64,000 nucleotides of DNA from the NCBI GenBank assembly GCA_963519075.1, contig CAUQMH010000001.1, forward strand, positions 26,438 through 90,437. The letters are read 5' to 3'. Positions 48,216 through 57,042 of this stretch are shown piece after piece (position 1 is the first letter of the stretch; each line of letters starts with the position of its first letter). Source of the DNA: an uncultured Flavobacteriaceae bacterium. GTDB lineage: Bacteria > Bacteroidota > Bacteroidia > Flavobacteriales > Weeksellaceae. The notes beneath the pieces were generated by a model. It worked only from the letters and a program-made list of their open reading frames with translations. It was not told where the DNA came from and did no database searches. The position numbers and the translations under genes are program-made.

Positions 48216-49388
48216 ATGAGCGTAGTTTTTAACTCTATATTAGACAACGATTTTTACAAATTTACCATGCAATGCGCTGTGGTAAAGCTCTTTCCAGATG
48301 CGAGAGTGAAATATGTATTCATCAACCGAGGGAAGCATTCCTTCCCAGAAGGCTTTGATGATGCCCTCAGAAAAGCCATCAACGAAATGGCAAAACTCCA
48401 GCTAACCAAAGCAGAAAAAGAATTTCTGAAGAAAAATTGTCCATACCTAAATCTGCCTTATTTAGACTTTTTAGAAGGATACCACTACGACCCTTCCGAG
48501 GTGAAAATCAATCAGATAGGAAACGATTTAGAAGTTACTGTAGAAGGTCTTTGGTACAGAACCATACTTTGGGAAGTGCCGCTGCTGTCACTCATCAGCG
48601 AACTTTATTACAAAATGAACGGCATGGAACGCCAAACTGATGAGGAAATTACCCAAAAAACCTTAGAAAAAGCCAAAAACCTCATAGAACTAAAAGTCAA
48701 TTTTGCGGAGTTCGGGACACGAAGAAGACACTCCTACAAGGTTCATGATGTAGTAATGAAAGCCCTCACCCAAGATTCCAACAGCTATTTCATCGGTTCT
48801 TCCAATGTTCATTTCGCAATGAAATACGGCGTAAAACCTATCGGAACGCACGCCCACGAGTGGTTCATGTTCCATGGCGCTCAGTATGGCTTTAAAATGG
48901 CAAATGCGCTTTCTTTGGAGCATTGGGTGGATGTTTACCGCGGCGACTTGGGAGTTGCCCTTTCAGACACTTATACCACAGATGTGTTTTTCAAACAGTT
49001 TGATAAGAAATTCGCTAAACTTTTCGATGGAGTAAGACACGACAGCGGCGACCCGATAGCCTTTGCCGAAAAAACCATCAAACACTACGAAAAACACGGT
49101 ATCAATCCTTTGTTTAAATACATTATTTTCTCGGATAATCTTAATTTGGAGAAAATCTCTGAAATTACACAGGCTTGCCGAGGAAAAGTAGGACTTTCCT
49201 TTGGAATTGGAACAAATCTGACCAATGATGTAGGGCTCACACCGATGAACATCGTAATGAAACTCACGGGAGTTTTGGGCGCAAATGATGAATGGATACC
49301 AACTGTGAAATTTTCCGATGAAAAAGGAAAACAAACGGGCGACCCAAAAATGATAGAACTCGTCAAAGAATCTCTAAGAATAAAATAA
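48216..49388 (+). CDS. pncB: nicotinate phosphoribosyltransferase
   Basis: 390 aa. N-terminus ILDNDFYKFTM, plus FGTRRR and GTHAHEW motifs. Confidence 0.92.
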   Translation: MSVVFNSILDNDFYKFTMQCAVVKLFPDARVKYVFINRGKHSFPEGFDDALRKAINEMAKLQLTKAEKEFLKKNCPYLNLPYLDFLEGYHYDPSEVKINQIGNDLEVTVEGLWYRTILWEVPLLSLISELYYKMNGMERQTDEEITQKTLEKAKNLIELKVNFAEFGTRRRHSYKVHDVVMKALTQDSNSYFIGSSNVHFAMKYGVKPIGTHAHEWFMFHGAQYGFKMANALSLEHWVDVYRGDLGVALSDTYTTDVFFKQFDKKFAKLFDGVRHDSGDPIAFAEKTIKHYEKHGINPLFKYIIFSDNLNLEKISEITQACRGKVGLSFGIGTNLTNDVGLTPMNIVMKLTGVLGANDEWIPTVKFSDEKGKQTGDPKMIELVKESLRIK

Positions 49389-49415
49389 GCCACATAAAAA
49401 ATGTGGTTTTATTTT
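49389..49415 (+). terminator. intrinsic terminator after pncB
   Basis: Hairpin ccacat / atgtgg with a 5-nt loop followed by TTTTATTTTTT. Confidence 0.55.
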
Positions 49416-49474
49416 TTCAAATAAGTGTGTAACAAATCCTAAATTTTAATACTAATTAACAAAAAAATCAATCA

Positions 49475-49984
49475 ATGTCTTCATTAGAGCAGGAATTTCT
49501 GGAGAGAATAGAAAAGCATAAAGGCGTGCTTTTCAAAATTTCCAAGATGTATATGGACGAGCCTGAAGACCAGAGCGATTTGTTTCAGGAAATTACCTAT
49601 CAGCTGTGGAAAGCCTACCCGAGTTTTGAGGAAAAGAGCAAATTTTCTACTTGGATGTATCGTGTAGCCCTGAATACTGCGATAGTTTTCTTGAAATCGG
49701 AAAAGAAAAGAGGGTTCATCTCTCGGGAAGAGGAAATTCAGAATTTTGACATCAAAAATGAAGAATCCGCCGAAGAAGAGTATAAAGTAAAAATAATGTA
49801 TGATGCCATCCACCTGCTGAGCCCGATAGACAAGGCACTAATTTTCTACTATTTAGAAGACTATTCCGGGAAAGAAATGGCGGAACAGCTGGGAATAACG
49901 GAAGGAAACTGCCGTGTAAAACTAAACCGAGCCAAACAAAAACTGAGCGACTTAGTAAACGAATTGATACACAAAGAATTATAA
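49475..49984 (+). CDS. ECF-type RNA polymerase sigma-70 factor
   Basis: 169 aa. Region 2 (DLFQEITYQLWKAY...WMYRVALN) and region 4 HTH (GKEMAEQLGITEGNCRVKLNRAKQKL). Confidence 0.85.
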   Translation: MSSLEQEFLERIEKHKGVLFKISKMYMDEPEDQSDLFQEITYQLWKAYPSFEEKSKFSTWMYRVALNTAIVFLKSEKKRGFISREEEIQNFDIKNEESAEEEYKVKIMYDAIHLLSPIDKALIFYYLEDYSGKEMAEQLGITEGNCRVKLNRAKQKLSDLVNELIHKEL

Positions 49985-50009
49985 AATAATAATTTAATAA
50001 AAAATTCTA

Positions 50010-50795
50010 ATGGATTTAGAAAACCTAAAACAAGTGTGGGATGAGGAAAAAATAGAATCCGTTCCCGAAATTTCCTTAGAAAAACAAAAAGAAATTCACA
50101 CGCCTCTGGAAATGATTCGGAAGAATATGCGGGCTGAATTTTGGATAAGTGTTGTTTCCTTTTCTTTATGGGCTATGATGCTGCCTTTCATGGGAAAGAA
50201 TACTGAGCAGACCTATCTACTTGTTATACTAGTATTTATAGCACTTACAATAACAGGATATTATTATCTGAAATTCTATATTTTTTATAAAAAGCTGAAT
50301 ACCAAAAACCTTAATACTTATCATAATATTTTGGATTTAAGGTATGAATTGGTTTTAAATTCAGAGCTTTATAAATCTTTTAATATCGTATTTGTTCCCA
50401 TTATGTTAGGTTTATATTCTACTTTATATTTACATAACAAGGAATCTAATATTATTTTTTTTATTATACTATTTTTAACATTCTGCGTGATTCTATATTT
50501 TATAGGAAAATACTGGATGTATGAAAGTTATGGAAAACACATCATGAAGATTTCTAAAATTGTAGCTGAAATCAAAGATGAAGAAGATGGTTTTGAATAT
50601 GATAGAAGTTTCCTAAAAATCCAAAAAGAACTTGACTTCCTACGAAAAGCAAGTGATTTTTGCAATGAAAAATTTAAAAAGTATGGTCAAACAGCCTATA
50701 TTATATTTCTTATAATTTCACTATTGTTAATCTCACTTTTAATAGGAGCTTGTGTTGGGATTTTATATATTATATCTAAACATTATAACCAATAA
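50010..50795 (+). CDS. hypothetical multi-pass membrane protein, possible anti-sigma partner
   Basis: 261 aa. Starts 25 nt after the sigma gene. Has several TM segments and no HxxxCxxC zinc anti-sigma motif. The partner role is inferred from position only. Confidence 0.45.
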   Translation: MDLENLKQVWDEEKIESVPEISLEKQKEIHTPLEMIRKNMRAEFWISVVSFSLWAMMLPFMGKNTEQTYLLVILVFIALTITGYYYLKFYIFYKKLNTKNLNTYHNILDLRYELVLNSELYKSFNIVFVPIMLGLYSTLYLHNKESNIIFFIILFLTFCVILYFIGKYWMYESYGKHIMKISKIVAEIKDEEDGFEYDRSFLKIQKELDFLRKASDFCNEKFKKYGQTAYIIFLIISLLLISLLIGACVGILYIISKHYNQ

Positions 50796-50921
50796 ATCAA
50801 TGCATTAAATAACCAAAAGAAAAAAATCTAATCTTTTCTGTAACAATTTCTAATTAAAAGACACTAATTGTAAAAATCCATTCATATATTATAAACCTGT
50901 CAAAGTCTCTAAACCATAGTT

Positions 50922-52385
50922 TTAGGGATTTTGTTTTTTCTCCCAAAAATCAGCGTTTTTAATGTTCAGTTTTTTAGCATCAAAAGTTGGTTTTTGTATT
51001 CCATTTTTCTTTTGAGTTTTATAGTCTTTCCATACTTTGAGCACAGTGTTTCCCAGCAATAAAATTGCTATAATGTTTACCCACGCCATCAGCCCTGACC
51101 CTACATCTGCTATTATCCACGCTAGTTTAGCCTCTCGCACACTCCCCATATATACGCCTATAAGAAAAACAATTCTCAAAACAAAAGTAGCCAAATGGTG
51201 ATATTTAGGACAGACAATAAAGGTGAGATTGGTCTCTGCGTAGTAATAATACGCCATTATGGTAGTAAAAGCGAAGAAAAATAATGCTACCGCCACAAAT
51301 TCATTCCCAAACGAAGGAAAATGAGAAGAAATCGCAGCCTGCGTAAAACCTGTATAATCTACATCTTTTATATGTTCTACCACCATCATTTTAGTCTGCT
51401 CATCCATTACATGATACTGATTCGTAAACAAAATCATAAATGCCGTAGTAGTACAAACAAAAAGAGTATCTATATACACAGAAAACGCCTGTACCAGCCC
51501 CTGCTCCGCTGGATGGATCACCTCTGATGCCGCCGCTGCATGAGGCCCTGTCCCCTGCCCTGCTTCATTAGAATAAATTCCTCTTTTTACTCCCCAAGCA
51601 ATGGCACTTCCTAAAATCCCCCCAAAAACAGCATCCTGTCCAAAAGCTGAAGAAATAATCGTAGAAAATACTTCTGGAATTCTATGAAAATTGAGAATAA
51701 TGATTATCAGCCCTACCAAAATATAAGCTCCAGCCATCAAGGGAACTATCGTTTCCGAAGCATGCCCCAGCCTCTTAACTCCTCCAAATATTATCACCAC
51801 TAAAAGCCCTACAACTATAACCCCAAAGATATTCATAGGAATAAAATAATCCGTCTGAGTAACTATCCCAAAGGCATTATTCATAGACTGTGCTATACTA
51901 TTGCTCTGTACCCCTGGCAAAAGAAACCCACAGCACACCACCGCAATCACAGCGAAAAGAACAGCATACCACTTTATCCCTAGCCCTTTTTCTATGTAAT
52001 AGGCTGGCCCTCCTCGGTATTCGCCGTCTATTTCTCTTTTATAAACCTGCCCTAATGTAGATTCTACAAATGCCGATGCAGAACCTAAAATTGCAATCAG
52101 CCACATCCAAAATATAGACCCCGGGCCTCCCATGGCAATAGCCGTGGCAACTCCTACAATATTCCCCGTTCCTACACGCCCCGAAATAGCCAAAGAAAAC
52201 GCTTGAAAAGAAGACAACCCCTTCTCTGATTCTTTCTCCTGAAAAAGTAACCTCAGCATTTCCCTTACTTGGGTAAACTGAGGAAAACCGAGTCTAATGG
52301 AGAAATAAATTCCCGTGAAAACACATAATAAAATAAAGACATCAGACCAAATAAGCCCAGCTATCTTTTCTACCAATTGTTCCAT
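50922..52385 (-). CDS. alanine/glycine:cation symporter (AGCS family)
   Basis: 487 aa polytopic protein with AGCS-like motifs (SSFQAFSLAISGRVGTGNIVGVATA, SNEAGQG). Confidence 0.88.
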   Translation of the reverse strand: MEQLVEKIAGLIWSDVFILLCVFTGIYFSIRLGFPQFTQVREMLRLLFQEKESEKGLSSFQAFSLAISGRVGTGNIVGVATAIAMGGPGSIFWMWLIAILGSASAFVESTLGQVYKREIDGEYRGGPAYYIEKGLGIKWYAVLFAVIAVVCCGFLLPGVQSNSIAQSMNNAFGIVTQTDYFIPMNIFGVIVVGLLVVIIFGGVKRLGHASETIVPLMAGAYILVGLIIIILNFHRIPEVFSTIISSAFGQDAVFGGILGSAIAWGVKRGIYSNEAGQGTGPHAAAASEVIHPAEQGLVQAFSVYIDTLFVCTTTAFMILFTNQYHVMDEQTKMMVVEHIKDVDYTGFTQAAISSHFPSFGNEFVAVALFFFAFTTIMAYYYYAETNLTFIVCPKYHHLATFVLRIVFLIGVYMGSVREAKLAWIIADVGSGLMAWVNIIAILLLGNTVLKVWKDYKTQKKNGIQKPTFDAKKLNIKNADFWEKKQNP

Positions 52386-52416
52386 AGTTGTATTAATTTT
52401 ATCTTGCTAATATCGT

Positions 52417-52467
52417 AATAATTTCGTTAAAAAACCAATAAAAACACGATTTTTTAACGAAATTATT
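52417..52467. repeat. 18-bp perfect inverted repeat with a 15-nt spacer
   Basis: aataatttcgttaaaaaa (52417-52434) pairs with ttttttaacgaaattatt (52450-52467). It lies between the stop of the binding-protein gene and the start of the AGCS gene. Confidence 0.85.
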
Positions 52468-52498
52468 GAAATTTACACAACTATTCTCAAACAATATT

Positions 52499-53494
52499 CT
52501 ATTTCCCTCCTTGGTAAAGAACTTTATTTAATCTGATGATAAAATCTACATTTCTAACCCCAGGTGAAACATCCGCAAAATTCACTTCATAAATCTGATT
52601 ATTCTTCACCGCATTGATATCCTTCAAGATAGGGTGATTTTTGATGAAATTCGCTTTTTCTTCGGGAGTCATGTTTCTAGACTGTGTATCCGTGATGAAA
52701 ATCACATCTGGATTTCTATGCACCACACTCTCAAAAGACACGAATTCATAGGCAGTCCCTGCATCTTCATAAATATTGACACCACCTGCCTGACGAACCA
52801 AATCCGCCGCCAAAGAAGAGAAAACCCAAATCCCATTATTAATAGAAGAAAGTATCATTACTTTTTTCTTTTCGTTTTCAGGTTTAACTACGAATGTTTT
52901 TTTAGCCTCGGCAAGTTTGGATTTCATTCCCTCTACTACTTCCTTCGCTTTGTCATTTACATTAAAGATTTTTCCCAGCATATAGAAATCCTCATACACA
53001 GTTTCTATCGTAGCGTTTGGAGTCTGGATGGTTTTTGGCGTAAATGGCGCTATTCCCTGAGCCAAAAGTTCCTCTGGCGAACCAGTAGATTCTGAGCTAA
53101 GGTCTCCATCACTTGACACGAAATCTGGCTCTCTGAGAAGGAAAGCCTCTTTGGTCATTTTAAAACTATGTCCTATGAATTTATATTCATCTGGAACTTT
53201 CTCATACTCCTTTTCAAACTGCTTAGAAACAGGGCCTTCTGTAGTTCCCACCACTATTCTATCGCCTAGACCTAATGCCAAAAGCATCTCCGTCATATGT
53301 GGCGTAAAAAGAGCCGCACGCTGTGGCGGTGTGGTGATGGATACTTTCAGATCTCTGGTTCCATCGTGATAGATATATTCTACTTTCTCCATTTTAGGAG
53401 CATTAGCCTGCGCCTTATTATCTCCTGATTCTTTCTTCCCTGAGCAAGACAAAACAAGCGCTCCTAGTGCAACTGAACAAAATATTTTATGCAT
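52499..53494 (-). CDS. ABC-transporter substrate-binding lipoprotein, siderophore/cobalamin/heme (FecB/BtuF-like) class
   Basis: 331 aa. Lipobox VLSCSG. Two-lobe Peripla_BP_2-like pattern (RIVVG...PDFV...VMIL...PDVIFI). Confidence 0.7.
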   Translation of the reverse strand: MHKIFCSVALGALVLSCSGKKESGDNKAQANAPKMEKVEYIYHDGTRDLKVSITTPPQRAALFTPHMTEMLLALGLGDRIVVGTTEGPVSKQFEKEYEKVPDEYKFIGHSFKMTKEAFLLREPDFVSSDGDLSSESTGSPEELLAQGIAPFTPKTIQTPNATIETVYEDFYMLGKIFNVNDKAKEVVEGMKSKLAEAKKTFVVKPENEKKKVMILSSINNGIWVFSSLAADLVRQAGGVNIYEDAGTAYEFVSFESVVHRNPDVIFITDTQSRNMTPEEKANFIKNHPILKDINAVKNNQIYEVNFADVSPGVRNVDFIIRLNKVLYQGGK

Positions 53495-53515
53495 AATTTA
53501 AATTTAATTCTATAT

Positions 53516-54259
53516 TTATTTAACGGCTATAATTCTAAACATCGGTGCATAAGCATTGATTTCCTGATGTTCCTTGTCATAGACCTCATCATTAATATTA
53601 TAATCAAAAGCCATCTTAGAAAACCCTAAATCCAAAAGACAATTAACATCCCATGCAGGTCTTCGCTCTTTGGAAAGCGGAAGTGTTTTTGCGATGTTTT
53701 CCATTCGTGCTTCCATTCCCTCTGGCAGGACTTCTTGAAGTTTCTTGTCTGGGTGTTTTTCATGGTATTTATGCAGATTTTCATCAAAAAGATAAGAATA
53801 CCAGTTGGAATCAAAATTTATCATTTTTCCTCCTTTTTTCAGTACTCTTTTCCATTCTTTGTAAGCATCTTTCGGGTGAGGAAGATTCCAAGTTACATTT
53901 CTAGTGACAATCACATCAAATGTATCATCCTCAAAAGGCAGTTGCTGTGCATCCAACAGCTGGAAATTCACCTTCGCACCGAATTTCTGTGCATTCTGCG
54001 TTGCCTGCTCTATCATTCCTTTGCTGGAATCTACTGCAGATACTTCAAATTTCGGATTTCTCCCTAGCAGCACCGCAAACATCCCTGGCCCTGTTCCGAT
54101 GTCTAATATCTTCAAATTCTGGTTTTTATCAATATCTCCATAGAGAATATTTTCCCAGTTCTGGGCATTATCTCCATAAAGCTCTTGCAATGTGGAGTCG
54201 CTATATGTTTTGGAGCGTTCTGTCCAGTAATCTCTGATTATTTTGCTTATTTCACTCAT
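53516..54259 (-). CDS. class I SAM-dependent methyltransferase
   Basis: 247 aa. SAM motif ILDIGTGPGMFAV and post-I acidic residue (AVDSS). Confidence 0.8.
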   Translation of the reverse strand: MSEISKIIRDYWTERSKTYSDSTLQELYGDNAQNWENILYGDIDKNQNLKILDIGTGPGMFAVLLGRNPKFEVSAVDSSKGMIEQATQNAQKFGAKVNFQLLDAQQLPFEDDTFDVIVTRNVTWNLPHPKDAYKEWKRVLKKGGKMINFDSNWYSYLFDENLHKYHEKHPDKKLQEVLPEGMEARMENIAKTLPLSKERRPAWDVNCLLDLGFSKMAFDYNINDEVYDKEHQEINAYAPMFRIIAVK

Positions 54260-54297
54260 ATTCTTTTATTTAGTGTTAAAAAAGTATAACTTGTTAG

Positions 54298-54305
54298 CAA
54301 AATTA
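54298..54305 (-). promoter_or_regulatory. -7 box (TAATTTTG on the minus strand) upstream of the methyltransferase gene
   Basis: Plus-strand CAAAATTA lies 39 nt upstream of ATG 54259. Confidence 0.4.
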
Positions 54306-54379
54306 AAAATAAAAACCATACAATAAAGATTTCAAATGCTGATATTTATCACAAAGTTTTATAAAAATTATGCTCATAA

Positions 54380-54417
54380 AATAAAAATTCCTCTCAGCTT
54401 TTCGGCTAAGAGGAATT
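54380..54417 (-). terminator. intrinsic terminator after tsf
   Basis: 9-bp stem aattcctct / agaggaatt plus inner pairs, with a T-run on the minus strand. Confidence 0.6.
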
Positions 54418-54438
54418 GGGAAAAATTTATAATTTTAA

Positions 54439-55407
54439 TTAAAGAGAAACTCTTACGAATCTTACTACTTCAAGGTCTGGGCTTACAGATTTCACATATT
54501 GAGAAACCTTCATATCTCCATCTTTGATGTAGTTTTGGTCAAGCAATGCTTTCTCTTGGTCTAGAGAAGTGTTATCACTGATGAATCTCTGAACTTTACC
54601 AGGTAAGATTTTATCCCAGATTTGTTCTGGCTTACCTTCAGCTTTCAATTCAGCTTTTGCATCTTCTTCTGCTTGTTTTAGAACTTGCTCTGTCAATTGT
54701 GCATAAGAAACATATTTAGGAACATTTTTCAATGGTTTTCCAAGTCTTACAAGCTCCTCGTTATCTTTCTCGATAGCTGCGATTCTTGCATCTGTTTCTG
54801 CTGCTATGAACTCAGGAGAAAAATCTTTGTAAGAAAGAACTTCTGGGCTCATAGATGCTACCTGCATACTGATGTTTCTCGCTGCTTCTGCTGCTCCATC
54901 TACTTTAGCAGACAATGCTGTGATAGCTGCGATTTTGTTTCCTGCGTGGATATAAGCCGCCAAGAAAGGCCCTTCGATTCTTTCGAATGCACCGATTTCT
55001 ATTTTCTCTCCGATAACTCCTGTTTGCTCGATTAGTTTTTCAGCAACTGTAATTCCGTGGAAATCAGAAGCCAAAAACTCTTCTTTAGAAGCGTAGTTCA
55101 TTGCTTGTTCTGCTAATTCGTAAGCCAATTCTACGAAAGCATCATTTTTAGCAACGAAGTCCGTTTCGCAGTTTAGAGAGATGATAGCACCTAGTGTGTT
55201 ATCCTCGTTTACTCTTGCGATTACAGCACCTTCAGTAGATTCTCTATCTGCTCTATTTGCTGCGATTTTTTGTCCTTTTTTTCTAAGGATTTCGATAGCT
55301 TTTTCAAAATCTCCTTCAGCTTCTACCAAAGCCTTTTTGCAGTCCATCATTCCTGCACCTGTTGTGTTTCTTAGTTTAGCTACATCTGCTGCTACTGGTG
55401 TATACAT
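54439..55407 (-). CDS. tsf: translation elongation factor Ts
   Basis: 322 aa from the ATG at 55407 (MYTPVAADVAKLRNTTGAGMMDCKKAL). The track start at 55458 would place the -7 box inside the ORF. Confidence 0.93.
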   Translation of the reverse strand: MYTPVAADVAKLRNTTGAGMMDCKKALVEAEGDFEKAIEILRKKGQKIAANRADRESTEGAVIARVNEDNTLGAIISLNCETDFVAKNDAFVELAYELAEQAMNYASKEEFLASDFHGITVAEKLIEQTGVIGEKIEIGAFERIEGPFLAAYIHAGNKIAAITALSAKVDGAAEAARNISMQVASMSPEVLSYKDFSPEFIAAETDARIAAIEKDNEELVRLGKPLKNVPKYVSYAQLTEQVLKQAEEDAKAELKAEGKPEQIWDKILPGKVQRFISDNTSLDQEKALLDQNYIKDGDMKVSQYVKSVSPDLEVVRFVRVSL

Positions 55408-55424
55408 AATTATAATATTTTTTA

Positions 55425-55432
55425 TATTTTTG
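55425..55432 (+). promoter_or_regulatory. -7 box TATTTTTG for the plus-strand gene at 55471
   Basis: Exact TAnnTTTG match 39 nt upstream of ATG 55471. Confidence 0.4.
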
Positions 55433-55447
55433 TAATTAATTAATTGG

Positions 55448-55455
55448 CAAAGATA
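55448..55455 (-). promoter_or_regulatory. -7 box (TATCTTTG on the minus strand) for tsf
   Basis: Plus-strand CAAAGATA lies 41 nt upstream of the ATG at 55407. Confidence 0.45.
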
Positions 55456-55470
55456 CAAATTTTTATAAAG

Positions 55471-55980
55471 ATGAAAAAAACCATTTTACTTCTTTTTGGA
55501 TTTCTGTCCACAGGTATATTCGCTCAGTCCCAATATACCGTAGAACAGACAGAAAAATCCAACGACCCGAAGGTAGTTGCAAATTTCATTATAAACTATC
55601 CTAACCACCCTAAAACTCCTGAATTTAGAAGAAAGTTAGCCCGTTTAGGAAGTAGTAGTTCTTCAGCACAAACCTCAACTTCTCACCAATCCAACAGCTA
55701 TAGAAGTCACCAAGAGACTGCTGAGGAAGCTACCAGAATACTTAATGGAAGCAGCAAAGGAAACAGTGCATATGTAACTGTCAAAAATTTATCAAAATGC
55801 CCTATTGTAGTAAATTTTACAGGGAAAAGCAGCTATAATATGAGTGTTCCTGCAAACTCTACGGGAAGAATGTCTTTAAACAAAGGTTCATACACTATTT
55901 CTTCCGTGGTATGTGGAGGAAAATATCAACAATCAAGAACCATCAATGCTGATTATCAATTAACATTAGGTGTAAGATAA
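55471..55980 (+). CDS. hypothetical secreted protein
   Basis: 169 aa from ATG 55471, with signal peptide LLFGFLSTGIFAQ. It has a Ser-rich linker. No family recognised. Confidence 0.55.
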   Translation: MKKTILLLFGFLSTGIFAQSQYTVEQTEKSNDPKVVANFIINYPNHPKTPEFRRKLARLGSSSSSAQTSTSHQSNSYRSHQETAEEATRILNGSSKGNSAYVTVKNLSKCPIVVNFTGKSSYNMSVPANSTGRMSLNKGSYTISSVVCGGKYQQSRTINADYQLTLGVR

Positions 55981-55984
55981 AAAT

Positions 55985-56013
55985 AAAAAGCTGGAAATTT
56001 CTCCAGCTTTTTT
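55985..56013. terminator. bidirectional terminator (convergent with accA)
   Basis: Hairpin agctgga / tccagct with flanking A and T runs. Confidence 0.6.
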
Positions 56014-56019
56014 ATTTAA

Positions 56020-56976
56020 TTATCCTTTGTATTGTCCCATTGCCACAAATTTCTCTTGTCTTTGTGTTGCAAGTTCATCTTCAGTAAAGCCTTTATATGC
56101 TTTTATATTCTTTAAAATTGTGTCTTTCACATTCGCAAACGCTTCTGCTGGGTCATAGTGAGCTCCTCCAAGCGGTTCAGTGATGATGCCGTCTATTAAC
56201 TTTTCTTTCAGCATATCTTGTGCTGTAAGTTTCAGTGTATCAGCAGCAGTTTCTTTGTACTCCCAGCTTCTCCAAAGAATAGAAGAACAAGACTCTGGCG
56301 AAATCACTGAATACCAAGTATTTTCCATCATATAGACCTTATTCCCTACACCTATTCCCAAAGCTCCTCCACTAGCTCCCTCACCGATAACAATAGCGAT
56401 TACAGGAACTTTCAGAAGGCTCATCTCAAAAATATTTCTTGCAATAGCCTCTCCTTGTCCTCTTTCCTCCGCCTCAAGACCAGGATAAGCACCAGGGGTG
56501 TCTATCAAAGTCACGATAGGCATATTAAATTTCTCTGCCAACTTCATCAATCTCAGTGCCTTACGATATCCATCAGGATTAGACATCCCGAATCTTCTGT
56601 ATTGTCTTTCCTTAGTGGTTCTTCCCTTTTGTGTCCCGATAACCATCACGCTTTGACCATCTATTTTTATCATCGCTCCTATCATCGCTGGGTCATCCGC
56701 AAAACATCTATCGCCATGAAGCTCGACAACGCTGCCCTCATCCGCTATTCCATGGATATAGTCCAATGTATAGGGTCTGTCTGGATGACGAGAAAGTTGC
56801 ACTCTCTGCCATGGCGTAAGGTTGCCATAGATTTTCTTTTTAGTCTTGTTGATTTTTTCTTCTATCTGTTTGCAAGTTGCTGAAACATCCACTCCACTTT
56901 CTTCGCCTACGATGGCGCATTTTTCATATTGTTCCATCAACTCTTTTATCGGTTGTTCAAAATCCAAGTATTCCAT
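56020..56976 (-). CDS. accA: acetyl-CoA carboxylase carboxyltransferase subunit alpha
   Basis: 318 aa from the ATG at 56976 ([10 protein letters not shown]). AccA motifs are present ([24 protein letters not shown]). Confidence 0.93.
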   Translation of the reverse strand: MEYLDFEQPIKELMEQYEKCAIVGEESGVDVSATCKQIEEKINKTKKKIYGNLTPWQRVQLSRHPDRPYTLDYIHGIADEGSVVELHGDRCFADDPAMIGAMIKIDGQSVMVIGTQKGRTTKERQYRRFGMSNPDGYRKALRLMKLAEKFNMPIVTLIDTPGAYPGLEAEERGQGEAIARNIFEMSLLKVPVIAIVIGEGASGGALGIGVGNKVYMMENTWYSVISPESCSSILWRSWEYKETAADTLKLTAQDMLKEKLIDGIITEPLGGAHYDPAEAFANVKDTILKNIKAYKGFTEDELATQRQEKFVAMGQYKG

Positions 56977-57042
56977 ATTTCTAATTTTGAATAATATTTG
57001 AGTTTTCAAAAATACTAATAAATTTAAAAATCAAATATGAAT

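Noticed and set aside
52386-52498. Glycine riboswitch upstream of the alanine/glycine symporter gene
   Set aside because: The minus-strand leader lacks the GGAGA...CACCG-type conserved cores and is almost pure A/T apart from the 18-bp repeat.
52634-53369. Plus-strand ORFs of 153 and 72 aa
   Set aside because: They are antisense to the substrate-binding lipoprotein gene. No motifs are present.
53626-54237. Cluster of five 62-110 aa ORFs on both strands
   Set aside because: All of them overlap the class I methyltransferase gene, which has a clear SAM motif. They are shadow frames.
54260-54438. Cobalamin riboswitch upstream of the methyltransferase/binding-protein pair
   Set aside because: The leader after the promoter box is only about 39 nt, and no B12-box-like GCCACTG core is present. 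The rest of the gap is the tsf terminator.
55408-55470. Longer starts for tsf (55458) and for the divergent gene (55444)
   Set aside because: Each extension would swallow the other gene's promoter box. The conserved EF-Ts N-terminus and the signal peptide begin at 55407 and 55471 respectively.
56977-57009. Longer start for accA
   Set aside because: The AccA-like sequence begins at [10 protein letters not shown]. The 11-codon extension has no support.
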